Shown: piece by piece, positions 1-12,899 of the stretch
How positions within the stretch are numbered: position 1 is the stretch's first letter
Layout: each line of letters opens with the position of its first letter
DNA from: Prorocentrum cordatum
Lineage: Eukaryota
Direction: 5' to 3'
Length of the DNA stretch: 64,000 nt
Assembly: GCA_963575745.1 (NCBI GenBank)
Contig: CAUYUJ010000170.1
Location: 186,001-250,000, forward strand
Position numbers and translations under genes: made by a program
Notes under the pieces: model-generated
The model's input: only the letters and a program-made list of their open reading frames with translations
Databases searched by the model: none
Told to the model about the DNA's origin: nothing

Positions 1-545
1 AACCAAGGAGGGTTGGGAAATACATCTGTCATCTGCCACGAAAGAAATTAACTTGCAATCCGCCTCGAAAGAAATCCATTTGCCCCCCCCAACTAAAGGA
101 ATCGTTGATAGTAAACTCTCACAAAAGGGAATACTACTATAGTACTCTACACAAGGAAGTATGTTGTTGTCCCCACAAGGATAATCCGATTGCAAGCTGT
201 CACAAAAAGACATTAAATTGCAATCTCCCACAAACAGGAACCCGATTGCATCCTCCACAAAGGAATCCGATCGTACATTTTCCCAGGCAAAATCATGATG
301 TAACCCTCAACAAACGAATATGATTGAAATCCCACAGAAAGCCAAATTCAATTACACCCCTTTCACAGACGCAATCCTATTGCAACCTCCCACAGAAGGG
401 ATCGCACTGCAATCCTTTACGAAAGGAATCTTATTGTAGCCCTCCAGGAAAATCCGATTGTAAACTCTCACAGAAAGAACCCGATTGGAATCCCACTGTA
501 CCTCTGCCCATTATTCCATTGTCACACTGTCCCCACTGTCTCACT
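1..545. repeat. Diverged AT-richer minisatellite, unit ~27 bp (roughly cacaaaggaatccgattgcaatctc)
   Basis: Recurrent cacaaagg(a)a..gattgcaa..ctc motifs at ~27-bp spacing. Confidence 0.6.
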
Positions 546-1545
546 GTCCTTCTGCCCCCGCCACCGTCGTCGTCGTCGTGGTCCCCGTCGCTGTCGCGGT
601 CGTCGTCGTCGTCGTCGTCGTTGTCGTCGTCGTCGCCGTCGTCTTCGTCGTCGTGGTCAGCGTCGGCGTCGACGTCCTCGTCGTCGTCGTCGTTCTCGGC
701 TCGGCGTCGGCGTCGGCGACGGCGTCGTCGTCGTCGTCGTTGTGGACATGATATCCCGCGGGTGGAAAAGAACTGCTTCGCCCTGACCCACGTGTGGGCC
801 AAGCAAGACTGGCGGATGCAAAAACTGCTGCAGCAATGTTCCGATAGCACCGTCCTCGGACATGAAATCGCTTCCCGTCGAGACTGTCGCGGATGGCCCC
901 GCGCCGAGCCCCCCCCCATAATGCGCTTGGAGTTCTGATGAGCACTGGGATTGGCATTCTGCCAGGCGCCCAAGAACTTCTCCCATTCTGCCCGCGGGGG
1001 GGGCCCGACCGCCAATGAGCGCCCGCCGCGCGTGCTTTGGTCGATCAGCCAGATGCCGCGAGCGCGCCGCGACGTAGAGCTCGGTCTGCAGAGCGCCGTT
1101 GTCCCTTACCTAATGCAACAGCAATCCTCCGAGCAAGGCAATCAGCTGAATCCGCCAGCCACTTATCTGGCCACGAAGCGGCGCTGACGAAATGTCGGCA
1201 GCGCCTTCGCGCTGGCGACCAGAACCCAGGGGCCCTCGGCCCTCGAAGGGCAACAGGGCAGATCCATGCCGGGGCGGGAAGCGACTGCGCGGTCGACGAC
1301 TGACGCCACGGAGGCGCAGACGCCTGGAAGAATCTCACGCCCATCTGAATCGAGCGAGATGGCTGCGGATTGACGCAAAGCAGGGGCAGGGGGCCGAAGC
1401 GAGGCGGCACCTCGCATCGACCCAGCATCCCCACGACACCTGGCCCATGAGCCGGACGGGATGGCAAGGGGCGGCGCCCCTTCCAGAGCCCCCCCCCCCG
1501 GCCCGAGCCCCGAGTGGCCGCCGGCCACCAGCAGGGGGCCCGCTG

Positions 1546-1748
1546 TTGGAGGCCTGGAAATGGGCACCAACACCAAGACAGAGGGCTGCCTCCACAGGGG
1601 GGGGTGATCCTGGATTTCGGTGTTGGTGGTAATATTTCGGTCACCTTGGAAGCCAGAATATTACCACCATCACCGAGATCGAGATCTTCTTCCCTCGGTG
1701 GAGGCACACCGCCGATATTGGTGTTGGTGTCAATCTCTAGGCCTGCGA
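1546..1748. mobile_element. MITE family A, copy 1 (~203 bp palindromic element, 5-bp TSD CGCTG)
   Basis: Imperfect TIR ttggaggcctggaaat...atctctaggcctgcga; internal inverted repeats caccaacaccaa/ttggtgttggtg and ggtggtaatatt/aatattaccacc; cgctg at 1541-1545 and 1749-1753. Confidence 0.8.
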
Positions 1749-1908
1749 CGCTGCCCGCGGCTGAGGACGACCGGGGGCAGCAGAAGGAGCTCTCGGATGC
1801 TCCGCCCCAGACTGCTCGGACAGTTCAGGCGCGCCACTGGAGACCTCGCGAGGCCCGTGGAGGGGCCCAGGCTGGAATGCGACCGACCACTGGAGAACTC
1901 GGCTATTC

Positions 1909-2112
1909 TGGGAGGCCTGGAAATGGGCACCAACACCAAGACAGAGGGCTGCCTCCACAGGGGGGAGGTGATCCTAGATTTCGGTGTTGGTGGTAATATT
2001 TCGGCCACCTTGGAAGCCAGAATATTACCGCCATCACCGAGATCGGGGTCTTCTTCCCTCGGTGGAGGAACACCGCCGATCTTGGTGTCGGTGTCAACCT
2101 CTAGGCCTGCGA
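1909..2112. mobile_element. MITE family A, copy 2 (5-bp TSD TATTC)
   Basis: Closely similar to 1546-1748; tattc at 1904-1908 and 2113-2117. Confidence 0.8.
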
Positions 2113-5100
2113 TATTCCCTGGCTTACCTTGCAAGGACGAAGCGGCTAAGAGGGCGGGGCCCCGGCAGACATTGAGCTCGCCCGCCCGAGGGCCCCCTCC
2201 ATCGAGCGACTTATCAGAATCGAACGATTCAGCGACAGGCCCCCGACCCTGGCGACCGAAGACTCTTTTTCCCCGGCGCCCTCGGCCTCGGGGCGCGCCT
2301 CGGATTGCTCCGACAGGCAGGCGTGCGCGAACAAAGAAGACCACTTAGCAGCCCACTCTTCCACGGCGAGCTGGCGCTGAACTCGACGCTCGGCCCTCGA
2401 TGGACTGGAGCTTCAACCCTCGGCGGCTTCTCTGCAAGGCCTGGGAATCTGAGGGGGGGCCGCCAAGAGCCCCCAGAATCCCCGCGAGAAGACGCCCCCC
2501 CCCCGAACAACGCGTGACCATCCCCAGGCCCGCGCGAGACTTCCACGGAACGGAGGCGACCGGACGGAAGGTGGCGACAAAAGTCAGCACCGCCGACTGA
2601 GCGCACAAGAGAAAAGAACCGACCGCGCCCGACCCTACCTTACACGTCGCAGCCCCCTTTGCCTGCACCACCACCACTTGCAAACGGCGCGCGGTTTCAG
2701 GCCCCTCTACGCGCCGACGAGCCGCGTCGAAGCCGCCTGCCACTATCCACGGGGGCCGGAGAAACTCGAAGAAACCTGCGACACGCTGACACCTGCCTAA
2801 GCTGGCCCCTGAGAGCCCCATATCATTGCGACCGCGTAAACTGATCACTATAAGGCTCTGGCCAACGGCGGACAACTACGGCGAGGAAACCGTCGCAGCA
2901 CGTCGGATGATGAGGCGCATGCAATCCGCCTGCCGCTGGCCTGGCAGCTGGAAGGCGCCGCGTCTGCAAGTGCCCGCGGGACATGAACAAGTTCCCCCAC
3001 TCGTTTGGGCGCCCCATCAGCGCCCCCCCTGGCGGCGCCGACTGCAGCTCTCGCTTCGCCTGCCAGCCGAGCTGCGTTGGAGAACCAGCGCAGGCCATGT
3101 CCCCGAGCCTCCTCATCATGCGTTATCAAGTCCTCTCATCACGGATGCACACTATACAGCGATAAAAACGTCGCACGTCTGACGCATCAGCCAGCTCCAA
3201 AACGCCACCCCCCCCTCCCCTGCGCGCGATGTTGGCATAGAACCATAGAACCAAAGACCATGTTTCCTCTCTTCCGCCTCGGGCGGCGGCCCCCCTTCAT
3301 TTGGCGTGCCAGGTCGACGAGAGTCGAGAGTTGGCCGTCGCGTCGGCCCGAGGGTCGAAGCCCTTGCCGATGCTCTTGCCCTTCTGCTTCTGGATCTCAG
3401 CCATGCACGCGGCCTCCGACAACTCCTCGGCTTCCTGGGCGACCCCCTTCTCCTCCCCCACCAGCAGCCTTGGTACAGGCAGACGCGGCCGCGGACAGCT
3501 CGGCAAGGTCGCCACTGGCGGCGGCGCCTGGGGGAGGGGCCCTTTCGCCGCCGGAGACCGCTGCGACTGGCCATCGCTGCCGCTCGCCACTGCCTGGCCA
3601 TCTGCCCCGCGCCTCTTCTTGGCGAGCCGCTTCTCGATGTCGCGCCTGCCGAACTCCCCCTGTTCGAGCCGCGCTTCCACCTCGGCCTCCGTCGAGGCCG
3701 TGGCGCCCCGCGTCGCCTCTCAGGCTCTCGATGCCTCTCAGCGCCTCCGCCTCGCCCCCCATCGCGCCCCATGCTATCTGTCTGCTCGGAAAACGCACTG
3801 CACCACTGCACCAGCTGGCCTGGAAGATCGGCTTCGCCTGGCCGAGGCGGCCAGCGCCCGCGCGCCCTCGGCGCGCGCCGCGGCCTGGGCCGCCGACCTG
3901 CGGGCGATGGCCGCCTCGGCGGCGGCGCGCCCAGCCTGCGCCCCCTTGCCTTCAGCCAGCTGCGACTGCTTGCGTGGCCGATCCACGCGCGACACTTGTT
4001 GACCACGGCGGCAGCCTGCATCTTCGCGAACACCCTCGGCACGACGAGGTGCTTCGACGAGGGGCGGCTCGTCCTGGGGCTGCGCAGTTTCTGCCGTGAG
4101 CTTGGCTCCCAGCCGTTGCAGACAACCGCTGAGCTCCTGGCACCCCGTCTCTTTGAGCGCCTGCTGCAATATGGCAGCTACGCCAGGGCCCGCGCCGCGG
4201 TGACCGCCCGCGGCATCGTCGCGGCCCTGGCCATCCCTCCTGCAGGCCCCTCGGGGAACCACCAGTTGCTCCCCGTCGCCGCTAGCCAGGTCAAAGCTGA
4301 CTGATCGCCCCTCCGACGTCGAGCGACCTTTTGTACAGCGGCACACGGAAACTACAACCACGTCGTACGCATCTTGCTTTGACAAGCACTTCGATCTACC
4401 CGCGCACTATGCAGTCGGGGCACATGGATCATGGAACCCGGTCCCTGGACGCCGACGCGCCCCGTGACATTGCTTCGAAAACTCCCCCCCTGCTTGAACC
4501 GAGACTGAGCGCGAACATGTTGTGTGTAGCGCTCGAAACCCAGTCTCTCCAGTGACCCGCTGAGGCACAGGGGATGGAGGCCAGAAAGCTTGACCCCCAA
4601 TAGTTGCGGGAGGAGGCTGGGGATGCGCTACAGGTGGCCCCTGTTTAGTGTTATAGCATATCCTTGACAACTTGTGTCTCACACTTGATAATCCACCTGT
4701 GTCATTTTGGAGCTGTTGCTATGTCCACCGCCACTCGTAAAATCAGCTGCTGATCGAGACGGGCAAGGCGGCAATAAAAACGTGTGAATGGATGGCGGAC
4801 TGTGTGACGAGGAGGGCGGCGCAATAGCATACGTTGGCAGGCTCGATGTGGAAGGTCGTAGTTGCGGCTGCGCTGTGCCATCCATCCCATCGGGCGCCAC
4901 TGGTGGTGTCAGAGAACCGGCGCACGGAATACATTCAGCCGCATGTTTGTGAAATCCTTCACTGGGTGCCCCCACCAGTACTGTTCAAGCGTGCATTTAA
5001 ACATTGCGATGGATATCCCCAAAAATATGATGCGTAGACGTCGTCGGTGAACGAAAACTCGATCCTGTGTGCACGCGCAGCGTAGCAGAACGGACTGACA

Positions 5101-5186
5101 GTCTTGGCAAGTTCGAGATACAGTTTGCAATACGCGGCCCCCGTATCGAGATGAGACGAGGAGGCGGTACGGTCGGGAATTTGTGC

Positions 5187-5370
5187 AGAGCGTGTCGCCA
5201 CGGCTGCCCTGGCGACACGCTATGCCTTGCGAGCGGATAGCGTGTCGCTCCGCCCCGCGGGGCGGGAAGCTCGGAAAGGCTCGATGCGTGGACGCTGGGG
5301 GGCTGGGATGTGGATAGCGTGTTGCACCGAGGCGTTGTGTGCCAGAACCTGCGGAGCGACACGCTATCCA
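5187..5370. mobile_element. MITE-like family B (agcgtgtcgc...gcgacacgct); related copies at ~31391-31535 and ~53584-53775
   Basis: Three dispersed similar copies bounded by inverted agcgtgtcgc/gcgacacgct motifs. Confidence 0.6.
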
Positions 5371-5541
5371 AAAGTCCCCGACCAGAAACCATAAAGCCAG
5401 GCTTTCGGAAATGCCAACGACGAGCACCTCCAGGACGAGTCTCGTCTACGAGGCCAGGGCAGCCCGTGGTGTCGACTGCCGCGCTTCCCCAGCCGCCAAA
5501 CTACCGCCCTATGCGGGAAGAAGGCGGGCCCCGGCAGGCGG

Positions 5542-5563
5542 CTTGAGCCAAAATGGCTACGGA
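5542..5563 (-). other. Relic dinoflagellate spliced leader (DinoSL), perfect 22/22
   Basis: The + strand cttgagccaaaatggctacgga is the reverse complement of TCCGTAGCCATTTTGGCTCAAG. Confidence 0.95.
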
Positions 5564-5874
5564 GTCACTCTTGTCGCCGTCGTCCTCCTTCTCCTCCTCC
5601 TCCTCCTCCTCCTCCTCCTCCTCCTCCTCCTCCACCCCCCTCCTCTTCCTTATCCTCCTCCTCCCCCTCCTCCTCCTTCTCGTCCTCCTCCTCCACGTCG
5701 TCGTCCTCCTCCTGTTCTTCCTGTCTGAACACTGCTGGTCTCTCTCTCTCTCTCTCTCTCCCTCTCTCTCTACATATAGATACACACGTATGGATTCAAA
5801 GCTGCTTCCGCCTCCAGCACTTCCACGGCAGTCACAAGCCTACATCGCCGCTGGTCAGCATGATCAAAAGATGG

Positions 5875-6030
5875 CATAAGCATAAAACTTTGGAGGTCCG
5901 CGCGGATCTCTGGGATCTGCTCTGGACCCCGCTCCATGGTTCGCGGAGCGCGCCAGGGACGGCGCCAGAGGAGCCGCCAGGGGGGCCCAGCTCAGATCCA
6001 AGATATCCGCGCGGAACTTCAAAAGTTGAT
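5875..6030. mobile_element. MITE-like family C (tccgcgcgga...tccgcgcgga); other copies ~35015-35175, ~53980-54142, ~55938-56097, partial ~62240-62292
   Basis: Dispersed ~155-bp copies with inverted cataa..tccgcgcggat / atccgcgcgga..ttatg ends. Confidence 0.7.
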
Positions 6031-6821
6031 TTTTAATCCCTTGTTTCTTGTTCCAATTCCTCCTCCTCCTCCTCCTCCTCCTCCTTCTCCTCCTCCTCTT
6101 CCTCCTCCTGACTCGTAAATGGAATGTGCGGTCTGCCCTGGAAGAGGCAGCAACCAAATCGCCGTGCCCAAGCCTGGGTTATGCACTCGGCGATTTCGAC
6201 GGCCATGTCGGCGTGGTCCAGGCAGAAGGCCATCCCCTCCAGGACCGTGCACCTGCGCGCGGAGAAAAACAACAATCAGCCCCGCGCGCGAAGAAAAGCC
6301 AACCTCTCCCCAAACATGTGGGGAAGCACAACGATCAACACAAAACGCTGCGCCGACGGACCTCGGAAAGGGCGAGAGAGCGGGGAGCACGGAGCTCCCG
6401 GTCGGACACGCGCTAATCGGGAGCGGCCAAGAAGGGGGTGTCCAAGAGGGGGGGGTGCAAATCATGACCGGCGGCGTGTGCGCGGCCCAGCGGGGGGGCC
6501 AAGGACGTAATAAAATAAGAAGAGGCGCCACGAAATCTGGGGAGATATCATGGCCCACGCCATGATATCCACCCCCCCCTAGTCATCACCCCCCTCTTTT
6601 CCGCCCCCGAGCTAACACGATTGACTGCGGATCCGTGGACCTGGCGCGTGCGCGCCAAGTCCACGCGGGCCGGGGAAGGCACCCCCCGAAGCACGGCGCC
6701 AGTGCCGCGCGGCCTGAAGGGCGAAAGCGCGCCGAAGCCCACGGGGCACACCGCTGATCCACGCGCCTCGCGCCTGCGCTTCCTCGATCTGGGCCCCTCC
6801 GGGGCTGAGGGGCAACGATAG

Positions 6822-6997
6822 TTAACGGGCGAAGAACGGTATAGGGTAAACTTTTTCGCCGTCGGGGACACCTGCCCCAGCTGGGAAAGTTCATACCCCT
6901 ACGGTGCCACCGTAAGGGTATAAACTTTCCAGCCGCCCTGGGACAGGAGCACCCGACAGCGAAAAAGTGAATTTTATATCGTTCTTCGCTCGCTGAA
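6822..6997. mobile_element. Palindromic MITE family D, copy 1; second copy 48450-48629
   Basis: Near end-to-end inverted repeat centred on tacggtgccaccgta; flanked by direct repeat (aa)cgatag. Confidence 0.75.
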
Positions 6998-8523
6998 CGA
7001 TAGGGGGGGGGACTGGTTCAAGGGGGGGGCATCGACCTGGAATCGGCGTCGGCGACAGGCCTCCGATGGCGAACCCGCACGGGTCTTGGCGGGGTGGGCC
7101 ATCAGGCCGCCATCGGCGATCAGTGGGCGATTGAGGGTCGATCCCCAGACCCGGCAGAAGCCAACACCCTCCCCCACAAAGTGACGAACGCCGTGCCGTC
7201 GGCAGCGAGGCAGACTGGCTGCACCAGCGATAGAACTAAGTGGGGCCACTGAGAGGCGAATTGCTCGGAAGGCGGGAGAGGGGAAAACGGAGGAGAGAGG
7301 GGGCACACCAAAAAAATGACGAACACACCACCCCCGACGTGGTGGGGGCAATCGACGCGCGTCACTGCCCGCAAACAGGGCCGCCGGGGCGCGCAGAAGG
7401 CACCACCGCCGAGACAGGAGTGCTCCGGGCCTCCTCTGTCCGCACACCTCCCTCGTCCTCCCTCCTCCCTCCTCACCTGCCCCTCCTCTCCTCCTCGTCG
7501 TCCTCCTCCTCCTCCTCCTCCTCCTCCTCCTCCGCATCTCTCTCCTCCTCCTCCTCCTCCTCCTCCTCCTCCTCCTCCTCCTCCTCCTCCTCCTCTTCAA
7601 ACCTTTCTCCTCATAGATAGCTCCTCCCTGCCGCACCCCCAGACGAGTCTTTAGGGCGGGCCGGGCGTTTCGCCTGAGACCTCCTCACCGCTTGTGCTCC
7701 TGAAGCTTGCAAGTTGCCGCAAAATCACGGATAGAGGGCGGCTCGATTTCAAAACGGAGCTCTGGCCTTCGCGCCACGCACATTCCCCTGACAAGCTTCC
7801 CTTGCGGATGGAGGGCGGCACGTCTTCAGACTGTGGCTCCCGTTTTCGCGCTGCGCACGTTAGTCGTACAAGTTGAAACGGCTTCAAGGATGGAGGGCAA
7901 TTCCTTTTCAAAATGTGGCTCTCGCAATAGCGCCGCGCACATTCGTCTTGAAAGTATGCAGCATGTTGAAGGATTCGTATGGTTGTAGTCCACGGAGTTG
8001 TGGTTTCGCTCGCTGTAGGATTGTCAGGACGCAGCAGTCACGTTGATTCGCGGCGTTGACGTCTTAGGGATGGTGTTCTGATACGATTTAGGACTGTTCG
8101 CGGCGCTGCGTTCCCCGAAATTGCGTGTTTTGGTCAACTGGGGGCTCCCAAGGCCCTATACACGCCCAGAGAGCCCCGACTCGCCCCAGGATCGCCGGAA
8201 AATCGTCCCAAACGCGTGTAAATGCCTCCACATGGCCCACCACGCTCCCGAGGCGTACCACGCAGGCGCCCCGACGGCCCAGATGGCCCCCGAGAGGCTC
8301 CACGAGGTTTCCACGACGATGCTGTGATGCTGCTTGCCGCGGAGTTCCTCTCTTGTTTCCAACCCTCCTATGGTTGGGTACTCGTTTTGAATAGAGCAAT
8401 GTGGTCGCCCCGTCTTCCTCCTCCTCCTCCTCCTCCTCCTCCTCCTCCTCCTCCCCTCTCCTCCCCTCGTCCTCTCCTGTTTCCTGTGTTCCCCTCTCCT
8501 CTTCTCTCTCGTGCCGTCGGGTT

Positions 8524-8826
8524 TGCGATCTGCGCAACCGTCGCCACTTTCGTGGGCTCCTGGGAGGCCCAGCGGAGGTGGGTCCCACGCGGATCGCCTC
8601 GGTAGCTCGCCGCCCCCTGGGGGGCTTGCGATCTGCGCAACTGTCGCCACTTTCGTGGGCTCCTGGGAGGCCCAGCGGAGGTGGGTCCCACGCGGATCAC
8701 CTCGAGACCTCGCCGCCCCCTGGGGGGCTTGCGATCTGCGCAACTGTCGCCACTTTCGTGGGCTCCTGGGAGGCCCAGCGGAGGTGGGTCCCACGCGGAT
8801 CACCTCGATAGCTCGCCGCCCCCCTG
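8524..8826. repeat. Tandem satellite, 103-bp unit; left part (3 units) of an array split by the LTR element
   Basis: gcgatctgcgcaa recurs at 8525, 8628 and 8731. Confidence 0.95.
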
Positions 8827-9115
8827 TGTCAACCCGATATTACGAAGAGGGGTCTTAGAGCGATGAAAACCGCAACATTTGATATCAGCAATGATGTAAA
8901 TGTATCTGCGAAGATAGGCGATGGTTTGTTGCTCAGCGAGACCTGCAAAAGTATCTACCGATACGCCCAAGCCCGATGGGCCCTGAAACACATTGAGCCC
9001 AAATGGATACGAAAGGACATGTTACCTCTCGCCTGAATGTTCGCACACTCTGCCTGCTTGCTGGCATGCTATGCAGCACTGCTTACAGATCAGCACGGAC
9101 ACGATTTATTTCACA
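8827..9115 (-). repeat. 3' LTR
   Basis: tgtcaacccg...atttcaca; about 25 differences from 17001-17288 by manual alignment. Confidence 0.93.
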
Positions 9116-9409
9116 CTCTTGCACAATTCTTCTGATATGTGCATCTCTGGTCTGAAATCATCTAGACGTGTTAAATCTCACGTAAACTAACTAAGCTGAA
9201 ACCGAGCGCCTGATGCGCTCTATCCTGAAACCAGGCGGATGGCGCGCTTGAAAAGCGAGCCGGCACTTTCCATATGTGCCTCGTGCTCTCGGGCCTGGTC
9301 AGTTGGCTCTTGGCGCTGCAGTGCGAGGCGTGTGTCTCGCAGCACTGCCCTGATGGCACTGCCGTCAGATCGCTTGGTGAATTGATATCCGAGATGCTGG
9401 TCAGTCGGA

Positions 9410-9945
9410 GCCCAAAAGAGAGGCAGCTGGCTGCACTGATCGTCGGCAAAGAATTCGTTACTTATTTCCTCTTCTTAGTAATTCCTTGAGGCCTACCAGG
9501 TCTAGCAAAAGGCGCCGCTCAGACGGGAGCTTGGGGTGGCCGCCTTTGTGCATCATATCGCACAAGCTAGCGCAATCTGTGGCCTGAGCAAGCGGCAACA
9601 AACTCGGTGGGATATCTTCCGGATGAGCAGCATCCGGCATCTCCAGCGAAGCGAAAACACACCGTGTGATCTGAGCACAGCCTAAAGCGTCTACCCCTGA
9701 CACCGCCTCAGCTGCCAAAGAAGATCAGCAAACCCTCTTGATGGTGCCCGATCGCCAATCAACGATTCCCGCTCGCGCCTAATCGCCGCACGCCAGCTTG
9801 ACCTCGGCGACGAACGTCACGTAGCCGGCCTGCGAGCGGATCTTGACCTTCTTGTCCTTGCTGCCCACGATCTCTACGACACCTTCAGGTGGCTCGTCAG
9901 CATTAGCCCAGCTGGCGTCGTGGTAGGTGACCAGGCAAAACGGTC
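9410..9945 (-). pseudogene. pol: Copia RNase H domain (frameshifted)
   Basis: LVTYHDASWAN, RSQAGYV, AEAVSGVDAL, ATDCASL, ERRLLLDLVGLKE motifs. Confidence 0.85.
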
Positions 9946-10059
9946 CACGTAGCTTCGGGACTTCCAGTCCCACGTCCGCGTGCTTCCGCGCCAGCTTGAT
10001 GAGCCGATTCGTCTCGAGCAGGTCCTGGATGGTGGGCTTGTTCTGGGTGTGCTGTCGCA

Positions 10060-10900
10060 TGGCCACTCCAGCTGACAGGTCTGGTCGAGTCTGCCATGAG
10101 AGCCATCCGAGCGCTCCGAGGGCGGAGCGATTATCCGAAAACTCGGCAGGCGTCGCCTCCGCCGACAGCTCCGTCTTGCGCTCCTTGCTGAGCGCGATCT
10201 CCTCGATCGCGTCCGCGAACTCCGTCTGGCGTAGGTGCAAGACCCCTCCTCATCGCGCCACGCCTGCTTGCCACGAAAGGTGAATGGCAAGCCTCTCCAG
10301 TCGCCCCACGGCAGGAACTTGTAGAGCCGGTCGTACAGTCTCGGGTACTTGGGCGAGACGCCCAGCAGCAGGTCGTCCACGCGGGCGACCACCACCGCGC
10401 ACAGCTCCCCGAGCTTGTCGTGCGAATGCTGGCGAAGGCGAAACACGTAGTCACCGAGCTTCTCCTCCACCGCAAGCAAGGTCCTTTTGAGCTTAGCCCA
10501 TCACTGTCACGGTGCGGTGGCTAGCCCAAAGACTCTCTTGAGGATCTTGATCAACTGCTTCGGGTGCAGCCCAGGTAAGCCTTCGCGAGGCTGAGCCATG
10601 CACAACTGCTGGTCGGGCTGCTCGTCGCCTTGCATGAAAGCCACCTCCACGTCCGCTGCGTAAATCTCCAGGTCGAGCCTCTGGCAGATGGTGAAGAACA
10701 GCATAGTTGAGTTGCGGGTGACCGTAGGCGCGTCTGTGCGCAGGTCGCCCTGAGCGAGACGCGGGTCCATGTAGCCCCCGACGCAGAGTCGGGCCTTGGC
10801 CTTGACCGGCAGCGGGTGCTTGTCAGTCCGCAGCGGCGCGATTCTTGTCCCGGTGCACGAACCGGCTGGGCAAGATGAGGTTGGCCTTGACCATGCCACT
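10060..10900 (-). pseudogene. pol: Copia reverse transcriptase (RVT_2-like, frameshifted)
   Basis: KARLCVGG..DAPT, ADVEVAFMQG, KRVFGLATAP, VVARVDDLLLG, LGALGWLSWQTRPDLS motifs. Confidence 0.9.
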
Positions 10901-11589
10901 GACCGCCTCGGACTCCTCGATGGTGAGCACCTGAAATGATCCGTACTTCTGCCACTCGCTCCACTGCTTGGCCGCCGCCTCTCGGTAGAGCTCCCTGTCA
11001 GAGTCCTTGATGGCCCTCCAGCGGATCTCCTCGTCGGCTTGCTTGCCCTTGGTCCTCTCGGTGGCGATGGAGGTCTGCATCGCTTCTCTAGCGCCCTCCG
11101 TCTCGGATCCGGCCGCTGCTCCGCCGTCGGGCACGGCCGCCCGATCGCGCGAGGCTGCCCTCGGGGGCGGTCCTCCGGAGCCCGCGTGCTCCTTGGCGGT
11201 CTGCAGGCGCTTGCGGGCCGGGCCGAGGTTGCCGCTGTCCGTCCCGTCGAAGGTCGCTCTCCGTCGTCGGAACTCGGCGGGGCCGTAGGGCTGCTCCTCC
11301 AAGGCTGACTGAGGTATGTCGGCTCGGTCGGCGGGCAGCACCTCGATCTGCTCCTGGGGCTTCGGGTCCTCAGGAACGTTCAGACACAGGTCGTCGTCGT
11401 CTGGGCTGTCGATGAACTTCCGCCACGCCTGCTCCATCTCGTCTGGCCGGACCTCGGGCTGGCCCGGCTCCGGGCGGATGTCCTCCACCAGGGCCTCCTC
11501 CTGCTCGAGTGAGTCGCGAGCCCTGTTGAGCTCGGCCACGGCCTGGCCGATCTCGTCTCGGCTGTTCGGGAACCAGACGTCGTCCGGAG

Positions 11590-12605
11590 CGAGCGCCTTG
11601 ATGTGCTCTGGGGCCGCCAGCATGGCGCGCCCTCCCAGCGAGACCCAGGTGTTGTTGCCCTGGTGACCGATAACCACGCACGGCCCCCGCCAGATGCCCC
11701 TCTTGGCGTTGCGGTTGTGCTGCTCCTTCTGCTCCTTCATCTTGACTTGGCGGAGCATGTAGCACATCTCGCCCACTGACAAAGGTGTGGCCACGGTGCG
11801 CGCGCGAGCCAGCATGGCTCGTCTGAGCTGGTCGTCGTTCTGCAACCGCATGAACGACTCGCGCGCCGCCGTCCGAATAGCATATCGGCGGCGAATCTTC
11901 TCGTCATTGGCGGCGAGGCTGTGGGCACTGCAATTGGCCGTGTCGCCCACCAGGTCGGCGGGCATCTTGGGATCGCGCCCCAGAACCCGCTGCGGGGGGC
12001 TGAAGCGGGCCCGCCTCCTCAGCGAGTTCTTCGCGCCCGACACCATAATGCCCAGCGTCCGCATCTCGCCCTCGCCCCTGATCGACGAGCGCTCGATCGT
12101 CCTCGCAGCTAGCTCCTTCCACCAGGCTCCCTGACGTTCCACTCGACCGAGATGCCAGTGGGCCTGTCCAGCGACCGGTAGCTGCACCGTGTCGAAAGAC
12201 TGGAACAAATCGCTGAGAACGCCGCCGAATCCCCTCTCCATGTCGACGCCGGCCCAGGAGGCCCAGCACCTTTCGAAGGCCGTAGCGAACTCCTGGCTGG
12301 CGTGGCGACCGATCAGCGTCGCGAAGTGAAAGGTAGTGGCCAAGTCGACGATGCTGAAGTACCAGTAGCTCTTGCCGTCGACGTCCTTGAGCTCGAAGCA
12401 ATCGGAGCCCACGTCGTCGCCGAAATCCTGCACGAAGTGGAAGTGCGCTGGTCTCCTTGCGCTCGGGCGCTGCTGCGAGCGGCGCGCTCCGCAGATCAGC
12501 CCCTTGACGGCCTGCACGGTGGCCTACTTAGTGCCCTTGAGTCGCAGACTGCGGCCCAAGTCTTCATTGGACGGATGGCCCAAGTTAACGTGGAGTCTCT
12601 TGAGC
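11590..12605 (-). pseudogene. pol: Retroviral-type integrase (HHCC + DDE)
   Basis: RLHVNLGHPSN at ~12560-12600, then VGSDCF, IVDLAT, VDMERGF, AHWHLGRVER, FSPPQRVLG, WRGPCVVIG. Confidence 0.9.
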
Positions 12606-12899
12606 GTGGTCAGCTCGGCTGGCTCGCAGCAGGCTGCTGCTTTCTTTGTGGCAGTGATCGCGCCGACCCCGATCCTGCCGCTCAGCCCACAGTCTCGTCG
12701 GCCTTCACGTCGCGAGTGTCGGCGGAGTCGTCTCCGCCGCCCATGGGGTCTGGATCCCCAATAGGCTCGCCCGTCTCTCCCAGGGGCGCGGTATCGTTCG
12801 CGCAGGCGGTGGCCTGTTCCTTCAGCTCCGTCGCGATGAAGGGCAACGAGGAAGCGCCGCAGTCCACCTGGTAGGCGCGAGGCCCACCCTGGCGGCGAA

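Noticed and set aside
4620..4900. Possible kinase fragment (LRVAVDIATA)
   Set aside because: No HRD or DFG motifs follow, and the frame contains stops.
5542..5563. SL RNA gene
   Set aside because: No GT donor follows the leader and there is no tandem gene context.
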